Assembly: GCA_963720755.1 (NCBI GenBank) | Contig: CAVRGP010000002.1 | Span: forward strand, 288,001 to 352,000 | Source: an uncultured Chloroflexia bacterium | Lineage (GTDB): Bacteria > Chloroflexota > Limnocylindria > Limnocylindrales > CSP1-4 | Length of the DNA stretch: 64,000 nucleotides | Direction: 5' to 3' | Shown here: positions 20,846-30,221 of the stretch, one piece after another | Layout: each line of letters starts with the position of its first letter | Numbering within the stretch: position 1 is the first letter of the stretch | Notes under the pieces: model-generated | What the model was told of the DNA's origin: nothing | What the model saw: the letters and a program-made list of their open reading frames with translations, nothing else | Databases searched by the model: none | Position numbers and translations under genes: made by a program

Positions 20846-21014
20846 CGCAGGTGGTGCGGCAGCGAGCATGACCCGCACTGGTCGAACACCACGGGGTTCA
20901 CCGTCACCGTCCTCGACGTACCGAACGGGACGGTGCGCGGCAGCGCCGGGACCTGGCGCAGCCGGGGCCTTTGCTGTTCGAGCATGGTGGTCAAGGTGCT
21001 GACCAACAGTGACG

Positions 21015-21087
21015 TGGGCCCCGTGGGACTCGAACCCACAACCCGCGGATTAAAAGTCCGCTGCTCTGCCAATTGAGCTAGAGGCCC
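21015..21087 (-). tRNA. tRNA-Lys(TTT)
   Basis: Reverse complement GGGCCTCTAGCTCAATTGGCAGAGCAGCGGACTTTTAATCCGCGGGTTGTGGGTTCGAGTCCCACGGGGCCCA. Confidence 0.95.
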
Positions 21088-21294
21088 CTTCCGGGGTAAT
21101 GCTTGACTCCTCGGCCAGAGGTTGACCAGGAGTCGCCGGAGACGGTCCACCCGCACCCGTCGGCACGTCGGACCATGTCCGCCCATACCGTACGGCCTCC
21201 GGCCCGAAGTGCCGAACGCGGTCCGCGACGACGACGAACTCCAGGGTCAGGAGTGTCGGAGTGTCTCGGGGCCGGCGAGGTAGGGGAGGGTGAT

Positions 21295-21727
21295 GTGGTG
21301 GATGCAGAACGGGCGGAGCGGTCGGCTCGGTTGTTCGGTTTGTTGGCTCTCGTTGTTCATCGGACATCGCAGGACGCCGCCGCCATCTTGCGCCGGGAAG
21401 GGCTGAACCCAGCTCAATTTCAATTGCTGCTGGCGATCCGCAACCATCCCGGGCGGTGCCCAGCGAGAATTCGGTGAGCGGTTTGGGGTCACCGGCGGCA
21501 ACGTCTCCATGTTGGTGTCCAAGCTGACAGCTGCCGGATTGGTGCGCAGGGAGGCCCGAGGTGCCGCGAATCGGATCTGGCTCACTGCAGCCGGAACGGA
21601 CCTTGTTGCCCGGCTGGAACCGCAGCAGGACGCATTCATGGCTGATCGCTTCCGAGGACTGACCGACGGCGAAATCGGCGAGATGGAGCGGCTTGCAGAA
21701 CTCACTGTGCAGGGCTTGACAGCCTGA
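21295..21727 (+). CDS. MarR-family regulator, frameshifted near 21455
   Basis: GLNPAQFQLLLAI, then after the shift GVTGGNVSMLVSKLTAAGLV..IWLTAAG. Confidence 0.75.
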
Positions 21728-21769
21728 TATTCAGTGCTTAACATTGCGCATATGTTAAGCACTGAATAT
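21727..21769. promoter_or_regulatory. Perfect 18-bp AT-rich inverted repeat (likely double MarR operator)
   Basis: atattcagtgcttaacat-tgcgcat-atgttaagcactgaatat. Confidence 0.75.
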
Positions 21770-21770
21770 T

Positions 21771-22236
21771 CGTGGTCTGCCCTCCGACGTGGGCTCGGCC
21801 ACCGAGCACTGGTGGGAACCGCGGCGGCCGTCATAGGGATCAGCGCCTGCTTCGCCATCGCGTCGATGACCGGTGCGGCCCTGACGGTTGCCGTCCGCGA
21901 CGCCACCGCGACCCCGGTGCCGGTCGGGGCGGGCGTCGTCGCGACTCGCCGCGGGCGGAGGCGCCTATCTGTTCGCTCGGCTGGCAGGCCGGGCCGGCCG
22001 TCCGCGACGGGTCTTCCTCCTGGTGACCATGGCCGGCCTGCTGGCCAGTGCGGTGCCGCCGCTGCAGGCGGCGACCACCGCCTCGACGGCGAGCTGGTTG
22101 TTGGTGATGCACGCTGTCGCGGCCCTCGCGCTGGTGCCGGTCGTGGCACTCGGACTGCCATCGATCCGGCCGGACGGTGGGCACGCTCCGCCCGCGGGCA
22201 CCCAGTTCGCCCGCCGATCAGGCGGACGGCCGGTGA
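21771..22236 (+). CDS. Small membrane protein (DUF6069-like), frameshifted; boundaries approximate
   Basis: Hydrophobic segments in the 21734 frame, then RPRRVFLL..SAVPPL..LLVMHAVAA in the 21888 frame. Confidence 0.5.
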
Positions 22237-23075
22237 CCGCGGCCGCCCGGCGAGCCAACCGGGTCAACCGGGTCCACCGGGTCAACCAACTATGGCGAAT
22301 GGTCACCGGCGATCGCTCGCGCCAGGTCCTGACCCTCACGGCGGCCGCCGCCCAGGTGCTGCTCCCCACCTTGTGGGGTCCGCATTCGCCGAGGATGAGC
22401 AGCCGCCGAATGTTGTTCAGCCCGCGCCGTACACGTTCGCCGTGTGGTTGCCGATCTTCGCGAGCTCCCTGGGATACGCGGGCCTGCAAGCGCGGGAGAG
22501 CGGCCGCGACGATGAACTGATGCGCGCCATCGGGTGGCCACTGGCCGGGGCATTTGCCAGCACAGGTGTGTGGGCACCGTTGGTCAGGACAGGGAAGTAC
22601 TGGTCGGCCCAGGCCGCGCTGGTGGGGATCGCGGCAGTTGCGGAGACGGCTCGTCGTCGCGTCGGACGAGCCGGGCCACCGACAACAGATCGGGCCGTCG
22701 ACGCCGCGAGCACGCTCACGGCCGGAATGTTGGCGGCGTGGGGAGTCACCGCGACGGGGGTCAACCTCGCCTCCATGCTGGCCAGCAAGGGAGTGACTCC
22801 CGGCTGGGAGCCGCCGAACCGGCGCTGCTGTGGGATTGCTGCTGGGCCTGGGTGTCGCCGGCGCGACCGCGATCAGGTCAACCGGGGCCGGCCCGGTCAG
22901 CGAGGTGTACGCCGGCACCCTGATCTGGGGCCTGGCCGGCGTCATTGCCGGGCAACGGAAGCGATCACCGATCGCGGCGATCGCCGCCGGCACCGCCATG
23001 GTTCCGATCGTGGCCGCCGCAATTCGTCGGCCGCCTTGGACACAGCAAACCCCGCGGGGAGAACCTGCAGGGTGA
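22233..23075 (+). CDS. Tryptophan-rich sensory (TspO-like) membrane protein, frameshifted twice
   Basis: VQPAPYTFAVWLPIF, GWPLA, AAWGVTATGVN, YAGTLIWGLAGV spread over three frames. Confidence 0.55.
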
Positions 23076-23126
23076 GCGGAACGACGCGACCCAGCGAGTG
23101 GGTTTTTCCAGGTGACCGTCCCGTGA

Positions 23127-24266
23127 TCAGTGCTGAGGATCGGAGCCGACGATCACCACCGGGCAGCCGCTGTGGGTGATCAGGGCCTGGCTGGTGGAAC
23201 CCAGCAGCATGCCCGCAAACCCACCCCGGCCGCGACTGCCGACCACGACCAGTTGAGCGGTCCGGCTGTGGTCCAGCAGCGCCGGGACCGGCCGACGACG
23301 GACCACCTCTTGGTGGATCTTCACCTCCGGGTATTTCTCGCCCCAACCAGCCAAACGATCGGCGAGCAACACACGCTCCTGCTTTTCGATCGCGGCCGGG
23401 TCCACCCACACCGGCTGAACCGGGAACGCACCATTGCTGACGGTGTCATTCCAGGAATGCACCGCGATCAGATCCGAGTGACGCAGTGCCGCGGCTTCGA
23501 AGGCGAACGCAACAGCTGCGTCACTGGTGTGGGACCAGTCGACGCCGACGACGACAGGGCCCGTTGTCTTCGCGATCTGGCCCGGGCCGATCACCGCGAC
23601 AGGGGCCGGATTCATACTGGCGAGCGCCAAAGCGACGGATCCGAAGATCACACCCGTCACTCGACTCGCCGCATGTGCGCCGATGACAGTCAGTCGGGCA
23701 CCCTCGGATTCCTGCCGGAGGGCTGACACCGCGTCGCCTCGGGCCAACACCATGCTGAGTTCCAGGGCCGGATCGGTTGTCCGGAGTGCGCTGGCCACGT
23801 CTGCCAGCATTTCCTTTCCCTGTTCGCCGAGCAACGTATCGAGATCATCCAGAACCGGGCCGACTTTCCAGTACCCGGTGACGGGCACCGCGTGCACCAG
23901 GCGCAGCGCGGCATGCCGACGACCGGCCTCCGCCGCTGCCCACTCGACGACAGCGGGCGACATCTCTGATCCGTCCAACCCGGCGACGACCAGATTTGGT
24001 CGCCACCCTTTCGCCGCACTGGCCGCCGCTGGTGATTCGGCCGAAAGACCCTCCGCCGTGCCGGTTCTGCCGCCCGTCGAATCATTGACGTCAAAGGGGG
24101 GTGGGGACGATTGACCTGCTGTCGCCACGTCTGTCGCGTGACCGGCGTGCTCAGCCGCGACCAGGTACCGCTGCAGTGCCATCTCATGGATCGAGACCGC
24201 GGCGAAGGAGCTACCCGCTGCGTCACGAGCATCTACTGCGGCTCTGTGTGCCTCATAGCCGGTCAT
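23127..24266 (-). CDS. Universal stress protein (two USP domains) with N-terminal extension
   Basis: VVAGLDGS, VVVGVD, VVGSRGRGGFAGMLLGSTS..CPVVIV. Confidence 0.9.
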   Translation of the reverse strand: MTGYEAHRAAVDARDAAGSSFAAVSIHEMALQRYLVAAEHAGHATDVATAGQSSPPPFDVNDSTGGRTGTAEGLSAESPAAASAAKGWRPNLVVAGLDGSEMSPAVVEWAAAEAGRRHAALRLVHAVPVTGYWKVGPVLDDLDTLLGEQGKEMLADVASALRTTDPALELSMVLARGDAVSALRQESEGARLTVIGAHAASRVTGVIFGSVALALASMNPAPVAVIGPGQIAKTTGPVVVGVDWSHTSDAAVAFAFEAAALRHSDLIAVHSWNDTVSNGAFPVQPVWVDPAAIEKQERVLLADRLAGWGEKYPEVKIHQEVVRRRPVPALLDHSRTAQLVVVGSRGRGGFAGMLLGSTSQALITHSGCPVVIVGSDPQH

Positions 24267-24321
24267 CGTGAGTCCTCTCCGCCGAACATGCGGTGCACTG
24301 CCAAGGCGAGCATCATCGGGC

Positions 24322-24351
24322 CGGCCAAAGGTCACCAGAGGCGAAAGACCC
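24322..24351. promoter_or_regulatory. Two DosR/DevR-like boxes upstream of the USP gene
   Basis: Minus strand GGGTCTTTCGCCTC and GTGACCTTTGGCCG resemble GGGACNWWNGNCCC. Confidence 0.5.
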
Positions 24352-24401
24352 GGCCGATGGAACGCGCGCGGCGGGTTGATTCCTGAAATGGCTCAGCCCG
24401 G

Positions 24402-24860
24402 TCACGCGTCGAAGTGACTGACAATGTTCACCTTGCCGGGTGCAGGACTTCCCGCCCGGGCATCGTGGACGGGCGTGATCCGGACCCAGTTGTTCCGCTC
24501 AGCGAGGTCGGCCCACGGTGACACACCCAGCAGGTTCAATCGCTTCACCTCTTCCTGCCCCTCGACCCAGCCGGCCGTCCCGCGGATCAGCACGCTCGAA
24601 CCCGTACGCAACGCCGCGTCGTACTCTTCGACTTCGAAGGCCATCGCCAGCTCGCCGTCGGCGGCGGTGAGCTTGGCGCCCGGCGCCGTTCGAAACACCA
24701 CTGCATCGCCGTCCAGTCCGTGGTTGACGGGCAGAATCACCAGTTCGCCGTCGTCGATGTAGGCGATCCGACCGACCGCTGCAGCGCGAACCCGGCGTAG
24801 GCATTCCGCCGGCGACAGGATGCCGAGCCCTGATCGGTCCAGCGGGAGTGATGTTGACAC
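24402..24860 (-). CDS. Pyridoxamine 5'-phosphate oxidase-like family protein
   Basis: LSPAECL, VGRIA, ILPVNH, VVFRTAPGAKL, AFEVE; GGAGG RBS. Confidence 0.85.
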   Translation of the reverse strand: MSTSLPLDRSGLGILSPAECLRRVRAAAVGRIAYIDDGELVILPVNHGLDGDAVVFRTAPGAKLTAADGELAMAFEVEEYDAALRTGSSVLIRGTAGWVEGQEEVKRLNLLGVSPWADLAERNNWVRITPVHDARAGSPAPGKVNIVSHFDA

Positions 24861-25059
24861 GGTCGACCTCCGGGAAGTGGGTGACAGCACCGGTCGTGCT
24901 GTGCTGTGTTGCGAATTCCTCCGGGAGAAATCCGCTGGTCCTGTGGCGCGAATGGTGAGAAACGCCTGCCGCCCCGTCGTCAAGAACCCTCACAATGGTG
25001 GTGTCCGTGGCAACCCGCGAACCGCCCCCGAAAGGTCCGCGGACACCTCACGTGGCCGC

Positions 25060-25287
25060 TCAGCACCCGATACCGTCGGCCGCCGGGTGAATCAAGTGGT
25101 GGGACTCCAGGTGCGCGTCCGGCGGGGGAAAGACCACCGAAACGTGGTCGTCGTCCAGCCAGCGAACGCGGAACGGCGGCGTTCCATCCGGATGCATCAG
25201 GGCAACGACCTGCCCGCGGCGGCTGTGGCTCTCCCCGGGCGCAGGCGGCACCACGAGCCAGTCACCCTCCCGTGCATCGGTGATCAT
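25060..25287 (-). CDS. DUF1918 domain protein
   Basis: GDWLVV..RRGQVV..DGTPPFRVRW..VFPPPDA. Confidence 0.85.
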   Translation of the reverse strand: MITDAREGDWLVVPPAPGESHSRRGQVVALMHPDGTPPFRVRWLDDDHVSVVFPPPDAHLESHHLIHPAADGIGC

Positions 25288-25762
25288 GAGTTGCCGACTC
25301 GGATTTCATGGATACGCATCGACCGATGGTGACGGTAGGGCTCGGCCGGGAGTGGGGGCTTATGGCCCGTCTCTCACAACCTCGGTCTTTGCTTCAACGG
25401 GAATCGCCCGGGCACCCACGTCAGGCGGCAGGTGCGCCGGGCCGCCCAGTGCCTGTCTGCGGGCACCGCACCCGCTCGACGAATCGTGCCGGGCTTCCGG
25501 GAGACAGGTTTGCCGACTCATTCCGTTCATCTATCAGAAGTATGCTCGAAGGACCTGCCGTGACCGGCTCCGTCGCTCACTGCAGGTAGTTCCGATTCGG
25601 CTGCGCCTCGCTCCGAAAGCCCTGCATCGCAACTCGTTTGGCACGTGCACCCACCGGACGGCGGCGGGAGTGTCGGATGGCCCAAAGATTTCCTCTCTGG
25701 TCGGGGCCAACAGCTTTCACGGGTGAGTGCTCGGCGAAATACGATGGTTTGTGAGGGTTGAG

Positions 25763-26536
25763 ATGCGTATCGATGTGGAAAACCTCAATGTCTATTATGG
25801 GGATTTTCTGGCGGTCGAGGGGGCCGAAATCTCCATCGCACCGCAGACAGTCACCGCCTTTATCGGACCTTCCGGGTGCGGGAAATCCACCGTGCTGCGG
25901 ACCCTGAACCGGATGCACGAGGTCATCCTCGGTGGGTGGCTGACCGGAGCCGTGCGCCTGGATGGCAACGACCTCTACGGTCCGGGGGTTGACCCCGTCA
26001 ACGTCCGACGGACCATCGGAATGGTATTCCAACAACCCAACCCCTTCCCCACCATGACCGTGTACGAAAATGTGGCCGCCGGGTACACGCTGGCCGGGAC
26101 CAGAAAATCCAGGAAAGACTTGGACGGCATCGTCGAAGAGTCCCTGAAACGGGCGAACCTGTGGGAAGAGGTCAAACACCGATTGCACAGTCCCGGTGCT
26201 GGCTTGTCCGGCGGGCAGCAACAACGGCTGTGTATCGCCCGGGCGATCGCGGTTGAACCCACAGTGCTGCTGATGGACGAACCCTGCTCCGCGTTGGACC
26301 CCATTTCAACCCTGGCGATCGAGGACCTGATCGGGGAATTGAAGGCCAGCTACACCATCGTCATCGTGACCCACAACATGCAGCAGGCGGCCCGGATCTC
26401 CGACCAGACCGCGTTCTTCAACCTCGCAGGCGTCGGCGAACCCGGTCATCTCATCGAACACGACGACACGAAAAAGATCTTCTCCACCCCCCGGATCCAG
26501 GCCACCGAGGATTACATTTCCGGACGCTTCGGCTGA
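25763..26536 (+). CDS. pstB: Phosphate ABC transporter ATPase (stand-alone copy)
   Basis: [42 protein letters not shown]. Confidence 0.93.
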   Translation: MRIDVENLNVYYGDFLAVEGAEISIAPQTVTAFIGPSGCGKSTVLRTLNRMHEVILGGWLTGAVRLDGNDLYGPGVDPVNVRRTIGMVFQQPNPFPTMTVYENVAAGYTLAGTRKSRKDLDGIVEESLKRANLWEEVKHRLHSPGAGLSGGQQQRLCIARAIAVEPTVLLMDEPCSALDPISTLAIEDLIGELKASYTIVIVTHNMQQAARISDQTAFFNLAGVGEPGHLIEHDDTKKIFSTPRIQATEDYISGRFG

Positions 26537-26634
26537 CACCTGTCCGGCCCTGAAGGCGTTCCGGGTGCCAGCCGGAACCATCGTTCTGGGCGACCGCCGC
26601 GCGACAACAGGCAGACGTTCACCCAGGAGGGCAA

Positions 26635-26830
26635 ATGCTCACAGGTATGAACGGCGGTGATACCGCCACGGTCACCGGTCGCGTGTGGCGCGACGGCAAC
26701 ATGGTGATGGAGAACTGCGCGGCCGAGCTGATCCCGGACCTTCTCGACGAACCTGGCTGTCTGGTGCTGACCGCATACGCCACCCGGCTGCAGGCGAACG
26801 ATGACCTGCTCGAACATGGGGTCCAGCGCC
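26635..26830 (+). pseudogene. Possible internally deleted CorA Mg2+ transporter remnant
   Basis: RVWRDG..DLLDEPGCLV joined directly to LTAYATRL, resembling two separated N-terminal segments of actinobacterial CorA; good RBS, then the frame degenerates. Confidence 0.4.
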
Positions 26831-27029
26831 GGACCTATCAGGTCCGCACGGACCACCGACCGGCTGTGATCGATCCCTGCTGCCGCTGGCCGAACCTGAG
26901 GGAGCAATCGTATCCTCTGGGCGCGAATCTGTTGCATCGCAGTTCATCTCCATCTACGACGCAACCAAAGGCCAGCCCGGTCGGCCATCTCCAGGGGTTC
27001 GATCATCGCCGCGGCGATCGGACGGGACG

Positions 27030-27779
27030 GTGACAACCCGGCAGGTGTTGGGCCTGCCGGACCAGGTGCGGGCGTGTCTGTTTGATCTCGATGGCGTGCT
27101 GACGCAGACGGCCTCGGTACACGCCGCAGCCTGGAAGGAGATGTTCGACGACTTTCTGCGCAAGCGCTGCGGGGACACGTTCCAACCCTTTGACGCTGTC
27201 GCTGACTATGACAAGTACGTCGACGGTCGGCCGCGGGCCGATGGGACCCGGTCCTTCCTGCTATCGCGTGGGATCGGGCTGCCCGAAGGTTCGCCCGCTG
27301 ACCTGCCGAAGTTGTCGACCGTGAACGGCCTGAGCAACCGCAAGAACGAGTTGGTGCTGCATCGCATCGATACCGATGGTGTACAGGCATTTCCGGGATC
27401 GGTGCGGTACGTGCAGGCGGTCCGTGCCGGCGGTCTGCGCACCGGAGTGGTTTCCTCCAGCGCAAACTGCCGACAGGTGCTCCTGGCAGCGGGCATCGGG
27501 GAACTCTTCGACGTCCGGATCGACGCGCTCATCGCCTCTACCGAGGGTTTACGGGGCAAACCAGCACCGGACACCTTTCTCGCTGCCGCCCATGCCTTGC
27601 GGCTGCGGCCCGACGAGGGGGCCGTCTTCGAGGATTCGCTCGCCGGGGTCGAGGCCGGACGGACCGGTGGGTTCGGGTTCGTCGTCGGAGTCGACCGGGT
27701 CGGCCAAGCGGACGCGTTACGCCGGCACGGCGCCGATGTCGTCGTCATTGACCTGGCGATGCTGCTCGGCAGAAGCTGA
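27030..27779 (+). CDS. Beta-phosphoglucomutase family HAD hydrolase
   Basis: LFDLDGVLT, YVDGRPR, GKPAPD, VFEDS, GVDR. Confidence 0.9.
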   Translation: MTTRQVLGLPDQVRACLFDLDGVLTQTASVHAAAWKEMFDDFLRKRCGDTFQPFDAVADYDKYVDGRPRADGTRSFLLSRGIGLPEGSPADLPKLSTVNGLSNRKNELVLHRIDTDGVQAFPGSVRYVQAVRAGGLRTGVVSSSANCRQVLLAAGIGELFDVRIDALIASTEGLRGKPAPDTFLAAAHALRLRPDEGAVFEDSLAGVEAGRTGGFGFVVGVDRVGQADALRRHGADVVVIDLAMLLGRS

Positions 27780-30188
27780 CCGGACGCTCCCGCCGCCGGG
27801 GGCATCCCATTTCATTGGGCGGGCATCCAGGGATCTATCAGGATCCCGGCGCGCCGGGGCGCGGCCGTGGGGTTGGGTCGGGGCAGCGAGCGTCGCAATC
27901 CGGGGAATCGGTTGGACGAGGCGTTCCCCGGCTGTCAGGACGATCGAATGACCGAAGTGGAAAACCGTCAGCGGTGGACCCTCCAACAACAAGTAGGCCG
28001 CCGCCGCCGGGGTGATCTGGACAAGTAGGCGTCGTCCGGCGAACCGCATGCGGAAAGCCAGTCCGGTCAGCGCCTCCGGCAGCCGAGGTGCGAATCTGAG
28101 TACCCCGCCGTTGGCGCGCATTCCGCCGAAGCCCGCGACGAGAGCCGTCCACACGCCAGCCAGGGAGGCGATGTGCAGGCCGTCGCGGCTGTTGTGCTCG
28201 AGGTCGCCCAGGTCCATCAAAGCAGCCTCGCCGAGATAGTCATGGGCCAATTTCAGGTGGCCGACCTCGGCAGCCATCACCGCCTGGCTGCACGCCGAGA
28301 GCGACGAGTCCCGCACCGTGAGCTTCTCGTAGTAGGCGAAATTGCGCGCCTTCTGCTCGGTGGTGAACGCCTCCGGGAAATGTTGCATTGCGAGCACCAG
28401 GTCGGCCTGTTTGACGACTTGTTGACGGTACAGATCGAAATAGTGGAAATGATGCATCAACGGATAGTGCTCCGCCGGGGTAGTGGCAAAGTCCCAAACC
28501 CGATGTGTGGTGAAACTTTCGGCCTGTGGATGCACCCCGAGCACCTCGTCGTAGGGAACGAACATCGCGTCCGCCGCCGCTTGCCACCGGGTCAGCTCCG
28601 CGTCGTCGATGCCGAGTTGTCGAGCGCGGTCGAGGTGCCGTTGACCGGCCTCGGCGGCGGCGCGGAGGTTCTGCTGCGCCATCAGGTTGGTGTAGACGTT
28701 GTTGTCCGCCAATGCGCTGTACTCGTCCGGACCGGTCACCCCGTCGATCCGGAAGCGACCTTGTCCGTTGTGGTATCCCAACGAGCACCACAGCCTCGCC
28801 GTCTCCGCCAGGAGTTCGAGTCCGACGTCCCGTTCGAACTCGACGTCGCCGGTGGCCTCGACGTACCGAACCGCCGCGGCGGCAACATCTGCCCCGACAT
28901 GGAAGGCAGCTGTGCTCGCCGGCCAGTACCCGGAGCACTCCTCTCCATGAATCGTTCGCCACGGGAACGCCGCACCCGCCAGACCCAATTCCCCGGCGCG
29001 CTCCACTGCCAGTCCCAGGGTGCTGTGCCGCCATCGCAGCGCGTTGGCCACTGTCTGCGGAAGGCTGTACATCAGGACCGGCAGGACGAAAGACTCGGTG
29101 TCCCAAAAACTGTGACCGTCATATCCGGAACCGGTCAACCCTTTCGCCGGGATCGCTCGACCCTCGGCGCGCGCGCCCGCCTGCAGCACATGGAACAGCG
29201 CGAACCGCGCTGCCTGCTGGACCTGCGGGTCGCCGTCGATCTCGACGTCCGCCCCGGCCCAGTAGTCGTCCAGGTAGACGCATTGCTCCGCCACCAAACC
29301 TTCCCAGCCGGTGCGCATTGCCGCTGCCAGCGCCGCCGCCGCTTGATCGCGCACGGCACCCGACGAATGCGCACCCGACCAGCTGTGCGCGACGAACTTG
29401 ACCAATCGCAACCGTTGGCCGGGCTGCAGGATGGCCGACACCGTGACCCGACCCAGGTCGGGAAGCGCTTCGGAGCGCACTTGCAGGGGTTCTGGTCCCT
29501 CGACCACGTGGTCCATCGCCACCGCGACCCGCAAACCGCTGCGCCGGGTGCGGTGCACCAGGCCCGCGCTCGTTGCCGTGGGCGCGGAGTATTCCTCGCC
29601 GACCAACGCTGTCTGCAGCCAGGCCGTCGCCCGCGGGTCGCCACCAGCCGGTGGGAGTTCTTCGTTGGCCACCAATTCCGACTGCAGCACAATCCGTAGC
29701 GGGCGGTTGACCGCCTCCACCTGGTAGCGGATGGCACCGATAGACCGCTGGGTGAGGGACACCAGCCTGGTCGAGGTCACCCGGACGGCCCCACCGGCCG
29801 CGGAGACCCAGTCGGCCGTGCGGTGCAGCAGCCCGGTACGGAAATCCAGCCGGCGTTCATGTCCGGACAGGGTGCCGTCGCGGACGTCGAAGGGTTCGTC
29901 GTCGACCAGTAACCTGATCAATTTGCCGTTCGTCGCGTTGAGCATCGTCTGACCCGATTCAGGGAAGCCGAACCCGGCCTCCCCGTAGGGCAACGGGTGT
30001 AGCTCGTACAAGCCGCTCAGGTACGACCCGGGCAGCCCGTATGGCTCGCCTTCATCCAGGTTCCCCCGCCAACCGATGTGCCCGTTCGACACGGCGAAAA
30101 GTGACTCGGTCTGCGCCAACAGATGGGGGTCGAGGCCAGTGGCCCGTAGGCACCACGGTTCGACAGCGAAGGCTGGATGACTGATCAC
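27717..30188 (-). CDS. GH65 glycoside phosphorylase (trehalose/maltose/kojibiose family)
   Basis: ESLFAVSNG, KGLTGSGYDGHSFWDTE, GVTGPDEY, KQAD, RDSSLS. Confidence 0.93.
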   Translation of the reverse strand: MISHPAFAVEPWCLRATGLDPHLLAQTESLFAVSNGHIGWRGNLDEGEPYGLPGSYLSGLYELHPLPYGEAGFGFPESGQTMLNATNGKLIRLLVDDEPFDVRDGTLSGHERRLDFRTGLLHRTADWVSAAGGAVRVTSTRLVSLTQRSIGAIRYQVEAVNRPLRIVLQSELVANEELPPAGGDPRATAWLQTALVGEEYSAPTATSAGLVHRTRRSGLRVAVAMDHVVEGPEPLQVRSEALPDLGRVTVSAILQPGQRLRLVKFVAHSWSGAHSSGAVRDQAAAALAAAMRTGWEGLVAEQCVYLDDYWAGADVEIDGDPQVQQAARFALFHVLQAGARAEGRAIPAKGLTGSGYDGHSFWDTESFVLPVLMYSLPQTVANALRWRHSTLGLAVERAGELGLAGAAFPWRTIHGEECSGYWPASTAAFHVGADVAAAAVRYVEATGDVEFERDVGLELLAETARLWCSLGYHNGQGRFRIDGVTGPDEYSALADNNVYTNLMAQQNLRAAAEAGQRHLDRARQLGIDDAELTRWQAAADAMFVPYDEVLGVHPQAESFTTHRVWDFATTPAEHYPLMHHFHYFDLYRQQVVKQADLVLAMQHFPEAFTTEQKARNFAYYEKLTVRDSSLSACSQAVMAAEVGHLKLAHDYLGEAALMDLGDLEHNSRDGLHIASLAGVWTALVAGFGGMRANGGVLRFAPRLPEALTGLAFRMRFAGRRLLVQITPAAAAYLLLEGPPLTVFHFGHSIVLTAGERLVQPIPRIATLAAPTQPHGRAPARRDPDRSLDARPMKWDAPGGGSVRSASAEQHRQVNDDDIGAVPA

Positions 30189-30221
30189 AGGTCAGCGACC
30201 GATCTTCAGCGGAACCGGACC

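Noticed and set aside
20846-21014. Integrase remnant or att site next to tRNA-Lys
   Set aside because: No recombinase motif and no duplicated tRNA 3' end found by eye
22256-22287. 9-bp tandem repeat caaccgggt (about 3.5 copies)
   Set aside because: In-frame slippage in a variable N-terminus; no evidence of function
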